From positions 35,404,001 through 35,468,000 of the forward strand of contig CM052816.1 in NCBI GenBank assembly GCA_028534125.1: DNA of 64,000 nt, in the 5' to 3' direction. Position 1 is the stretch's first letter; every line of letters begins with the position of its first letter. Position numbers and translations under genes: made by a program. Below the pieces are notes generated by a model that was not told the DNA's origin, ran no database searches, and saw only the letters and a program-made list of their open reading frames with translations. This document shows positions 36,737 to 48,706 of the stretch, one piece after another. The stretch comes from Lama glama. Its lineage: Eukaryota.

Positions 36737-39563
36737 CATCCATTAAACATATAAAAACAACTTCTAAAAGACTAGAATCAGTATGACTGACTTCCAGATT
36801 ATTAGCAGAAATGTTAAAAGAAAATAAAAATTCAGTTAGGCAAAAATATGGTAAAAATATGATAAAAAGATTTTTAAAAGATCAGTAGAAACATAAGGGT
36901 GGTTGTGGCAAAGTGGAGTGGGGATGAAGACATGCTGACTGGCTGATTTTACAAGCTGTCCAAAACAAGGAAGTTCTACATTAGGAATGACACTTTATTC
37001 CAGGCTAGAGAAGCTTTTTCTATTGGATATCCAGTAACCAGAAAGTCTGTTCTGCTTCTCTGAATTTCCTACACTCAATCGGGAACCTTCTTAGGTAGGT
37101 AGTTCAATTTCTTCATCATGAAGGTCTTGGGTTTAACCTGTGATCAAGTGCTGCTGAGGTGGATTGAGCTGGGGGTCTCACTTCCCTGCTGTTCTTCATT
37201 CATCTCTCTAATTAATTTTCCTAAAGCTGTCCCTGAGTTTGCTATATATTCTGAGCTTGAAGTGTTTCTGGATCTGTCATTACCTCTGAAGTTGTTGTTG
37301 TTTGTGGTGGTGGTGTGTGTGTGTTTGAGGCTATCTTTTTCTCCATTTTTGTCCCATCTGCTTTCTACCTTCCAGAAATTTCTCACAATCTTTTATCTGT
37401 TGATAGCACAATTTAAAAAATTGCTTTCTTGTGCTGCTAAAGATTTATTCATTGTAAAATATATTTTCTATTTTTAAAAGGGATTTGAGGTAGGAAGGTA
37501 GGTAAATGCATGTGCTCGTTTCATCATTTTGATCTAATTTCCAATTTTGATGCTTTTAACTTTACAAAACCAAGATTTTTTGCAATTAGGGTCAACTACT
37601 TACCCATAGATAATTAAATCAACTCTCCAGCTGTTATCCCTGCTCTTCCTCCTTCTAATCTTCACACTTTTCTCCTTAGTTCCCCAAGTAAAGAGGACAG
37701 AGAGAAGGCAAATGTGAAAATCAAATACTACTTTCCCTCCTATGTTCAGCCACTGTGAAAAGGTTGATTTTGGTTGAAATTTCTGGCCATAATGAAGTTT
37801 CTGCATTATTGGTGGATTCTCTTCCCACCTGCATGGATAACCAACACACTTCCACTGCCTTCAAATGACTAGGATATTTTAATGGAGTTGGCTTATTTAA
37901 CAAGCCATCAAAAGCAGAAAGACAGTGGAATCAAGTTAGTAACCTCTCTTAGGGAACTAATGTGGAAATACTGACAGAGCACAACCTCACAGAACATGAT
38001 GACATTTCCTAATTGGATAATAAAGTGCCAAATGTCTTAGCAAGAGATAACACTGCATAGTTTAGCCCATGATTTAAGGGAGAGATTTTAAAGAATTAGA
38101 TTTTGAAAGGGGTGAATAAGTATTAGATCAAACAACATATACAACTTATATACATATACAAGTTGACTGGTCCAACTCACAGGTCGTTAGATTTGAACTC
38201 AATTTATAGGAGACTTGTATGCTAAATGCACATGAGAGACCAGAGCATAAATTCAGGCCCTGAGAGGGTAATAGTAACTGACATATAGGACAGGGGAGAG
38301 CCATTTCACATGTTCCTTTTAGCAGAAAGTATAGTAAAGGGAATCAGAGGAAAAATGTTTTAGAGAGCGCCAGAGCTTGCAAAATGGGCCAGGTGAAAAG
38401 AATATTAATCCTAATATACAAGGCAAGCATTCAAGGGTGAAGGACTTGAGATTGTAATCCATCCTTTTCGATGCCAGATTGAGTGCCATCCACACTATGC
38501 CAAGAAAACGTTCTATTTAGGGCCATGAACTCAGTGGAAAATTGAGTAGCATCTATAAATTCTATTCACTCCCTTTTCCAGTTCATTAAAGGCATTAAAC
38601 TAGACCATCCCCAACATGGACCCCTTGCAACACCTGACTACACATTGCCCTAGAGTTAATTATGCTGTCATTAATCACTTGCCCATTGTATATAATCATC
38701 CAAGCATTTTAAATATAACTATAGATTCTTATCCAAGCCTGTTTTAAATTAATTTTGTAAATAAGATTTGAAGGCCTCAGATACAAGGATCCACTGGCAC
38801 CTACATCCATCAATTAGGCAGCATTCTCCCTCTCTCCTCCCTGGGAGTTTCTCTAGTAGGATGCACCCTCTATATAGGTTGAGCTTTCTGTTAGACATAG
38901 CTCTTCTATGCTCTAGTTGCTTACAACTTTTCTCTTTCAATTGCTGCACCATAATTTTTTAATTTGTTGACTTAAGAACAACCAAATGATGTTGACACAA
39001 ATTACGCTTGTTTTTTAGAATTGATTACACATTTGTTTTGTTCCTTTTTCATTATTCCACCCACCATGCTCCTGTCTTTGTTTTCAGCAATATGCCTTGC
39101 TTTTCCATTGAAAACAACTTGTTGATGTATTTCTTTAACACTATTTAGGTCCTTTTGTGCTTGGATGTGTGTTACATACATTGCCACTTTGGATATATTA
39201 AATGTTTTATCACTTTCTCAGAATACATTTTGAAAAGAGCTATTTCTCTTATTTTTTCTATAGACTTTAAAAACAGTTCCATTCTCTCCTTTAAAAAATA
39301 AGTCACACATCTCTGCATTTATTACAGGTTCTATTTTTCTGGGTTCAATACTTTCCCAGCTCTCTGTATATTTTTCTATTTTTAACTACTAAAATCTATG
39401 TTTTGTATGTACATACTTTAGAATCAAATAGTTCTACAAGGTTTTTAATAAAAAAAGAGTAGCCCTCCATCCCCACTCCAGTATTTACCTCTCAAGAGAC
39501 AACAGATTTCAACTCTTAGCTAAATTTAGGTATTTACCTCCATGACTTGAAATACTGTGCTTG

Positions 39564-41055
39564 CAAAAACAGACATATGAATCAAAGGAACAGAATAGAG
39601 AGCCCAGAAATAAACCCATAGACTGACAGTCAATTACTCTTTGACAAAGGAGGCAAGAACATACAATGGAGAAAACACAGTCTCTTCAGTAAGTGGTGTT
39701 GGGAAAACTGTATAGCAGCATGTAAATCAATGAAGTAAGAACACTCCCTCACACCATATACACACAAAAAATCTTCAAAATGGCATAAAGATTTAAATAT
39801 AATACAAGACACTATAAACCTCCTAGAAGAAAACATAGACAAAACATTCTCTGACAGAAATCTTAGCAATGTCAGGGCAGTCTACCCAGGCAACAGAAAT
39901 AACAGCAAAAATAAACAAATGGGACCTAATTAGATTTATAAGCTTTTGCATAGCAAAGGAAACCATAAGCAAAACAAAACACAACCTCCAGAATGTCAGA
40001 AAATATTTACAAATGATGTAACTGGCAGAGGTTTAATTTCCAGAATATATAAACAGCTCATACAACTTAATAACAAAAAACAAACAACCCAATAGAAAAA
40101 TGGGCACAAGACCTAAACAAGCAATTCTCCAGTGAAGACATACAAATGGCCAATAGGCACATGAAAAAATGGTCAGTACTGCTAATCACCAGAGAAATAC
40201 AAATCAAAACTACAATAAGGTATCACCTCATACCAGTCAGAATGGCCATCATTCAAAAGTTCACAAATGATAAATACCAGAGAGGCTGTGGAGAAAAGGG
40301 AATCCTCCTACAATGCTGGTGGGAATGCAGTTTGGTGCATCCATTATAGAAAACAGTATGGAGATTCATCAAAAGACTAAAAATAGACCTACCATATATT
40401 CTAGCAAACCCACTCCTGGGCATATATCCAGAGGGAAGTCTTAATTTAAAAAAATACATGCACCCCAATGTTCACAGCAGCACTATATACAATAGCCAAG
40501 ACATGGAGACAACCTAAATGTCCATTGGCAGATGACTGCATAAAGAAGTTGTGATATATATATACACACATATACATATATTGCAATACTATTCAATCAT
40601 AAAAAAGAATAAAATAATGTCATTTGCAGCAACATGGATGGACCTGGAGATCATCATTCTAAGTGAAGTGAGCCAGAAAGAGAAAGAAAAATACCATATG
40701 ATATCATTCATATGTGGAATCTAAAAAAAGAAAAAAAAGGACACTATGAACTCATCCACAAAACAGAAACAGACTCACAGACATAGTAAACAAGCTTATG
40801 GTTACCAGGGAAAAGGGAGTGGAAAGAGATAAATTTGGGAGTTTAAGATTTGCAAATGTTAACCACTATATATAAAAACAGATTAAAAACAAACCAAATG
40901 TCTTCTATATATCACAAGGAACTATATTCAGTATCTTGCAATAACCTTTAATGAAAAAGAATATGGAAGTGAATACATGTATATATATGCACGACTGGGA
41001 CATTATGCTGTACATCAGAAATTGATACATTGTAACTGACTATACCTCAAAAAAA
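39564..41055 (+). mobile_element. 5'-truncated young camelid-type L1 (disrupted ORF2 C-terminus, 3'UTR, short A-tail)
   Basis: ORF2 peptide ANRHMKK...[11 protein letters not shown]...CWWEC with stops/frameshifts; 3'UTR similar to 9317-9576. Confidence 0.92.
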
Positions 41056-41064
41056 TCATAAAAA

Positions 41065-41921
41065 AACCCCCAAACAGTGGCAACACCAAATGCTGGTGAG
41101 GATGCAGAGAAACGGGATCTCTCACACATTGCTGGTGGGAATGGAAAAGGGTGCTGCCTCTCTGGAAAGCCATTTGGCAGTTTCTTGTAAAAACCAAACA
41201 TGCAACTACTTACCATATGACCCAAGAGTGGCACTCTTGGGCATTTGTCCCAGAGAAATGAAAGTTTATGTTCACATCAAAACCTGTCTACAAATGCTTA
41301 GACCAGTTCTATTTGTAACAGAAACTGGACACAACCTGATGACCTTCTATGAGTGAATGGCTAACAAACGGTGGATACTTACTAAACTACTCTGCAGCAA
41401 TAAGGAATGAACTACAGATGCTGGAGACAACACAGGTGAGTGTCCAGGGAAGTGTGCTGATTGAAACAGCTAATTCCAAATGGCTACAGACAGTGCGATT
41501 CCTTTTATATAACATTTTTGAAATGACAAAAGTTTAGAAATGGAAAGCAGTGGTTTCTGGGGGCTGGGTGGAGGGAAGGTTGGAGAGAGGTGGGTGTAGC
41601 TATAAGAGGGTGACAGTGAGGGATCTTGACTGTGGTGGTGGATACACAGACCTTTATGGAGGATAAAACTATATGGAACTAAATACACACCCACACAAAC
41701 GAGCACAAGCAAACTGGGGAAAGCAGCATAAAGCTGGTGGTTTGGATCAGTGTGGATACACTGTGCTTGGGATAGGATACTACAGCTTTGCAGATGGTGC
41801 CTTTGGGGGAATCTGTGTAAAGGGTACCAGGGATTTCTCTGTATTATTTCTTATAACTGTTAACTGTATTTACAAATATTTCAATAAAAATTCTCTACAT
41901 GAAAACAAAACAAAACAAAAA
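41065..41921 (+). mobile_element. L1MD-like 3' segment, probably transduced with the upstream young L1
   Basis: L1MD-type 3'UTR ('aactaaatacacac...gtaaagggtaccagggatttctctgtattatttctt'); AATAAA at 41883-41888; (AAAAC)n tail 41902-41921. Confidence 0.85.
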
Positions 41922-43221
41922 GAAATAATGTGCTTGAATTTTTATCATTAATTTTTATTTTAGACATTATCATCTTCCCATTGTAAAAAACCAGAGTTTT
42001 GCTCCTTTTTCTCTCCGACATACATGTGCTCCATTTCTTTTACCTCATCCTCCCAATACAATTGTATCATAATTTTTATTAGGTAAATAAATAACAGGGT
42101 TTATTTTACTATGATTATGTAAATACTATCCATAGCTAAAATAAATGGTAAACTCTAATACCTTATTCCTTCTTGCTCAGCTTTTTGTTTCCTCTGGAAT
42201 TAATAATTATGTTAATTTTTTGTTTCCTTGATTTTTTAATTTACTTATAACTAATTCACCCCCTGCCTTGTCATCAGTTGTCAAAAGCTCCTCTCAAGAC
42301 TGTCAGGCTTTCTAAAGATGGGCCTTACAGAACCTTCTGACATCTTCCGATCTAGAATGGTGGCTCTCCAGGTTTGATGAACAAGTCTCATCCTGGAATC
42401 TCCCTTTGCCATCATCCTGATTCCTTTTGTCTCCTGTTCCATTGGTTCTCCTGATCCTTCTAACCTGTTTTTCCTCTTTCTTGATTTCATCTCCAAGAGT
42501 CCTCAAAATGCAGGAATGGGAGGGTATGTTTTGAGGAACTTTGTGTGTCTGAAGATGCTTTATGTTACTCTTACACACTGATTGTCTGGGAACAGATACC
42601 TCGATTAGGACCATTTTCTTTCATATTGTTTAAGGCATTAATGCTATCACCTTCAAGCTTCCAATGTTGCTGTTGAGAAAACTGAAGCATTCTGATTCCA
42701 GCTTCTTTAGTATTTGACCAGTTTCTTTTTCTTTCTTTCTCTTTGTGTCCTATGTCTTGATATTTCACAGTGATGCACTTCAGTGTAGATCTCTTCTTCA
42801 TCCATACATACTGCACACTGAGCGCACCCTTTCAATCTGGAAATTAAATTGTGCAGGTCTAGGAATTTTTTCCTTAATTACTTTGTTGATTGTTTCTTCC
42901 CTTCTATTTTTCTTTCTTTCTTCTTTCTGGAACTTCAGTTATTTGAATATTAAACTTACTAAATTTATCTTTTAATTTGATTTTCATTTTGATCTGTCTT
43001 ATTTTCCATCTTCTTATTCTTCTGCTCTACTTTTGGGATATTTCCTTGGTTTTCTTTTTTAATTCTTCTATTAATCTATTCACTTTTGTTATATTTTCAG
43101 TTCCTAACAGGTTTTCAGTTTCTAATATTTTTTTCTATTAAGTTTCAGGTTCTATTAGAACTTGAATCCTGTCTGGTTTTATATTTGCATTATCTATTGT
43201 TGTCTAAGCATATTTTCCCCA

Positions 43222-44290
43222 GCATTATATTATGAAAAATTTCAAACATACATAGATGGTAAAACAGTAGTATGATAATAAGCACATAAACATTACTCAA
43301 ATAATTGTCAACATTTTACTATAATTTGTTTTATCTATCTCTATATATGTATATAAGTGTAGGTAAGTAAATTTTTTGCCAAGCCATTTGAAAATCAATT
43401 GTAGATACCATGTCACTTCACTCTCAAATTCTTTGGTGAGTATAGGGTGATAAATGCATCCTCATTTGCCCAGGGTTTTCCTGGTTTTTAAGCTGAATGT
43501 CTCTGTCCTGAGAACCCCCTCCAGTCCTGGGCAAACCAGGAACCTTGATCAGCCTAAGTGGGTGACTGTAGTGATGACATTCTCCTATATAACCACAGTA
43601 TCATTATCACATCTAAGAAAATTAATGGTAATTCCATCATGCTACATCTTAATTCTGCTCTACACTAAATTTATCCAGTTGTCCTTTATAGAATATATGT
43701 GTGTGTGTGTGTATGTATTTAGGCCTTTACCCTCTCTGTTTCTTTTTCTCTTGACATTGATTTTTTAAAAAATTAAACCCAGTCATCTTACAGAAAAATG
43801 TCTTATATTATATTTTGGATTTGTCTGATTGTTTCCTCTTGGTGTCATTTAGTGTTTCCTCTACCAAAATTATATCCTGCATATTAGCAAGAAGGTCTAG
43901 AGTTTAATTAGACTGAGGTTAAATACCTTAGGCAAGAACATTCTGTAGGTTGTACCGTGCACCCAAGAGTATGTCACATCAGAAGGCACAAAATGGTAAA
44001 GTTCCCCACTATTAGTGATGTTAAGTTTGAAAGCTCAGATAAGCTGATGATCACCAGTTCTCTCCATTAGGAATGCATGTTGTTTCCTTGGCAATTAGCA
44101 AGTAATCCATGGGATAATATTTTTAGGATATTCTGCTCAAATATTCTGCTCCTCACAATCTTTCATCTCATGGTTTTAGCATTCACTGATTATTTTTATC
44201 TGGAACATTTTTTTCAAACGGTCATTTTTCTAATTCTCTCATTCCTTGTACATTTATTAGTCAATGTTCTTGATGTTCTGTAATAAAGAA
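43222..44290 (-). mobile_element. L1MC4-like 3' region
   Basis: 'tgaaaaatttcaaacataca', 'ccatttgaaaatcaattgtagatacc', 'ttttggatttgtctgattgtttcctc', 'actattagtgatgttaagtttga'. Confidence 0.8.
43443..43556 (+). mobile_element. MER81-like hAT-Blackjack MITE
   Basis: 114 bp; termini tagggtga...tcagccta; internal inverted repeat tttgcccagg/cctgggcaaa. Confidence 0.85.
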
Positions 44291-45094
44291 ATTCCCTTGA
44301 ACTTGGGATAAACTACATTTTCCCTTATGGGGGATTAATAAATGTTTACTTTTTTTGTCTTTCATTGCCAATTTTCAAAATGAGGAAGGAGACTATTGTC
44401 CCTCCAAAGGTGGCAAATAGGTTCTTTCTCTCTTTCTCTTTATTCAATATGGACTTCTGGATATTGTTATTGTTGCTGTTAACATAAGAGATTTAAAAGT
44501 TAGTTTACTAAGGTTTTCTCCAAGTTATACTGTGTAAAAAGATTGGTGATTCTTTTGATAGTTTTAAAATGAACAATGTGTTTGATCACTTTCCTACTAC
44601 AATAATGTTTAGTAAGGTCTTTCCTGCTTATTTTTTAAAACTCAGACACAAAATCAGATCTATTTCTATGCATGTTGATATCTATCCCTCTACATGTAGC
44701 TCCTTTCTTCCAAAATGGAATCTAAGTAGAGGTGTCTATCAATGTCCACCAATTCCAAACACGTTTGCATCTTTTATATATATACACCATGTGGACTCTC
44801 TCCTTCCCCTGCTTTAATGGTCAAAGCTGACTGGACCTGGCTAGTGGGCATCTGTCTCAAATGCTGGTGAGCCAACCATAATCTATGTGACCTATCTTTC
44901 TGAGCCAATAATAAACCTTTTCCAGGAATTGGGAACTGGGAAACTGAGAAAATGAAGCAGTTAGAAGTGACATTGAAGTAGAGGTTGGAACAGAGAGGCT
45001 TTGATGAGCATGTTAAGCAACAGTCACATGAAAGTCAAAGCTGTGGGAGGAAAAACTGTGAGAATAACAGAGGAAAGGAAATCAAGTGGGTTCC

Positions 45095-46670
45095 TCATCC
45101 TGTTCTCCACCTCAGGGAATGGCACCATCACACATCCAGTGGTTCCAGCCTAGTGCAAGATATTGTTCTTATTCACCTAGAGTATATGGCTTACCTGCAT
45201 CCCCTCCAGCTCCTCTCCAAGCTATTCTCCACAAAAAGGTATAAATCCAATGCTCTCACCACTATTTCCATCACGTTGTCCACTCCCTAAATTGTATCAA
45301 TGACTTCCCATCTTACATAAGAGGGAGACAGAACTTTTCACATTCTTGTAATAAGGGACCTTATAATCTCCCTACTACATCACAATAGCCTTCTTTTAGT
45401 GCCTCATTCTTGTGCTCTTGAGAGTTTGTACATACTGTCCATGTGTCTGGAACACTATTGCCTTTTTCTTAGACAACTCCTGACATTTTACTCAAAAATC
45501 ATTTTGTTAGGACACTCATTCCTTTCTTACAGCCTCTCACAGGTTTGTGAAACTCCCCTTTATAGCATATAAATAGTTAAAAATTTTCATTTTATGTTTG
45601 TGATGGTTTGAATAATATCTCCCTCCCCATTACCTTAGAAGCACTATGGCCACCATGTGTGGTTACTGCTCACCATTTAATCTTGGTATCTAACAGTTCT
45701 CAACACATATAAGGGACTTGGAAAATATCCAATGCATGAATGAATGAGAAGCAAAGAAACCAGAGAAGAAGGATAACATGAACTCATGTCTCTTTCGTTT
45801 TCCCCACACCATGTTTAATTCATCAACTACTTGGGTAGAATTGACCTTCACAATGTAAATTCACACGAGAGTCTGAACATTTCTCATTACCACCACTGCT
45901 ACTAGTCCAAGCCATCACGAACTCTCATCTGGACGTTGTATTAGCACCCTTCTTGGTCTCCCTCCTACTTTAGGTCCCTACAGAGCAATCACAGTCATTT
46001 CTTAAAAAAATCAACCCTGGTCTCCAGAACTGACAGAAATAAATAACTGTCATTAAAAAAAAAAATCAACCCTGCATGATACCTTCCATTGTCTTTCCAT
46101 GACAATCATAGTGAAGTCTAAACTTTTTATTATAGCTATTAGCCTCAAATATCCTTGGCTACCAATTCCAATTCAATTCATCCATCTCCCTCTTCAAACT
46201 ATGCAGTTATGCTGGTCTTTTTGGCTATTGCTTCTACATATGAAACTCATTCTGGCCCCAGGGACTCTGACATTTATATTCTCTTTCCATGGAATACATT
46301 TCCTCATATTACTTCCTTTATTCTTTCAGATATTTGCTCAAAACTCACTTCCTCAGAAAGGCCTTATCTGACCATTCTAACCAAAATAGTCCTGCCCTGA
46401 ATCCCACACTTGAAGTCACTCTGTTGTTAATTTTCATTATAGAACATTTTACTTTCTCAAATTATGTTGTATGTTTATTGTCTTATCTTCCCCAGAGGGG
46501 TGTAATCTTCATAAAGTCACTCTGTGCTGATCTCTAGACACTTTTTACAGCTATTTCATTAACCAGTAGACAGGACCCAGAACAAAGACATATAGAATTG
46601 AGTGAATAAACTGAAAAAGAGAACTAGCACCAAGACAGTGCCTGATACACAGTAGTTGCTCAACAAATAA
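45095..46670 (+). mobile_element. L2 fragments (two or more)
   Basis: 'ccacctcagggaatggcacca', (TGAA)n tail at ~45735, 'ctagtccaagccatca...tctcatctggac', 'acagtgcctgatacacagtagttgctcaacaaata'. Confidence 0.7.
46020..46058 (+). mobile_element. Minimal retrocopy of a MaLR-LTR poly(A) end
   Basis: 'ctccagaactgacagaaataaataactg' + A-tail between perfect 16-bp TSDs aaaaaaatcaaccctg (46004-46019 / 46059-46074). Confidence 0.75.
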
Positions 46671-46774
46671 TGTTCTTACATTTCTAAAGACATTTAACTT
46701 TTGATACCATAAAAATCCAAATAGAGTACTCTCAAATTAAGACAAACATAAATGGCATTTTAAAACATATATTC

Positions 46775-47596
46775 GATGAGGGAAAGAATAGTTTTTTCAA
46801 TAAAAGGTCTTTGAACAAGTAGGTATCCACATGCAGAATAAGGAAGATCCCTAACACATCCCATATATAAAAATTAACTCAAAATGATGAAAGACCTAAT
46901 TGTAAGAGCTAAAACCATACAATTCTTAGAAGAAAACATAACAGTAAGTTTTTATGACCTTGGATTAGTCATTGGTTTCTTAGACATGACACCAAAGCAC
47001 AAACCACCAGAAAAAAAAAGATAAATTGGATTTCATAAAAATGTTAAACTTTTGTGCTCCAAAGGATACTAAAAACAAAGTGAAATGACATTCCACAGGG
47101 AGGGAGAAAACATGTGCAAATCATAAATTTGAAAACAATCTAGTATTCTTAATATATAAAGAACTATCACAATTGAATAATAAAAACTTTTTTTAATGGG
47201 CAAAGGATTTGAATTCATATTTCTCCAGTGAAGATATACAAATGGTGAACAAGCAAGCACATGAAAAGATACTCAATATCCTTAGTTATTAGAGGAATGC
47301 AAAGCAAAACCATAATGAGATACACTAAACATCTGCTAGGATGATTGTAGCCAAAAAAAAAAAAGAAGAAGAAAGAAAAAGAAAAGACAGGACAAGACAA
47401 GAAAAGAAAAGAAATGTGGGTGAGGATATGGAGAAATCAAAACCTTCATACATTGTTGGTGGGAATGTAAAATGGTGCAGCCGCTTTGAAAAATAGTTTA
47501 GCAGTTCCTCAAAATCTTAAACATAGTGTTACCATTTGACCTAGCAATTCCACTCTTATGTAAATACCCAAGATATTTGAACACATATGTCCACAC
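46775..47596 (+). mobile_element. L1MB-like ORF2 3' fragment
   Basis: 'aaaaattaactcaaaat...ttagaagaaaacata', 'ttctccagtgaagatatacaaatgg', 'gggaatgtaaaatggtgcagcc', 'ctagcaattccactc'. Confidence 0.85.
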
Positions 47597-48671
47597 TCAT
47601 TTAAAAAAACTAAATACAAATTATGAGCACATTAAAAATATCCCCTATATAAGGGCATTATTAGTTTTCTCAATTTGAGCTATAATTTTCTTTTCAATTC
47701 TTTGATAAATTTTTTAAATAGCTTTGAATAAAAGACACTTATTAAAAATTTTCAGTAAAACAAAAGCTAAGAAGGTAAAAAATAGAATGAAATAATTTAA
47801 AGTAGAACTTGGTCATTTTGTACTTCCCATGTGCTCATTGTATATCTAAAGAGAATTGCCCCAGGGCTTGATGTCTTCCCAGATTCCACACGCGTTTTCA
47901 TGGTGTCTGGCTGTACTGTGGTTTGTACTTCTGTATTTGTGTGAGAATCCCTCTATAGGTAAAATAACCCTCATTTAATTGGACTGACATGGCTAAATTA
48001 CTGAAATTTGTAGACAAACAAACCTGGTAAGAACAAGTATTTTCTCTACCTTCTGTTACGTAACTTTTTTTTTCCACTTAACCATATAGTATGAAAAATC
48101 TTCTCAATGTCAACAAACATTTATATGGATCATTTAAAGTGATGACACAGTGTTCTGTTGTATGACTAAAATATAAAATCTGACCAGTCTTCTACAATTA
48201 GACTGTAAGGACATGATTACCCTCCCCACTTGCCTGATTTTTTTTTTCATTTTTTAAAACTGAATTTCCAAACAGGTTTTTGATTAGACAAACCCTGAAA
48301 ATTTTCCTTAGAGAAAACAAAAACCTCAAAAGATGAAAGACCTACAGTGAATGATTAAAACTACTATTTTAACATTTTATTTTTCTATGGGGACTATAAC
48401 ATGGCTGAACATGAAGCAAAATTCAGAATTCTATGAAGGAGAACTGATGTCACAGAGAGTTTATGTCACACAGCCTGTGTCCTGACTGGTATAAAAGACA
48501 GAGCCAAACAATGACTAGTCTCCTAGCTTTGGCTCCTAAAAGCCAGACTTTGAAAACTGGATACTAGTTATCCATAACAATGGTCCTTCTTTTGCAAGTT
48601 GTATGTTTGAGAAGTGCTTAACTAAAATGTCTTATTCCTTAAGATTAATTTTGTTTTAAACTTCTTTACAG

Positions 48672-48706
48672 CTGACCCTAATCCAGTTAAAGGAAATCAG
48701 ACTCAG
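48672..48706 (+). other. Candidate 35-nt internal exon (host transcript unknown)
   Basis: Branch-like 'ttaat', pyrimidine tract 'ttttgttttaaacttctttacag|', and donor 'CAG|GTAAGT'. Confidence 0.4.

Larger units (their letters stand above)
38720..43210 (-). mobile_element. Ancient HAL1/L1ME ORF1-containing element, split by the 39564-41921 insertion
   Basis: Minus ORF 42571-42816 (TLKCITVKYQDIGHKEK...GIRM...) resembles L1 ORF1/HAL1; host sequence is continuous across the TSD; left boundary approximate. Confidence 0.65.

Noticed and set aside
48490..48497. TATA box TATAAAAG upstream of the candidate exon
   Set aside because: Lies in an apparent decayed MIR; no other promoter evidence, and the exon has an acceptor
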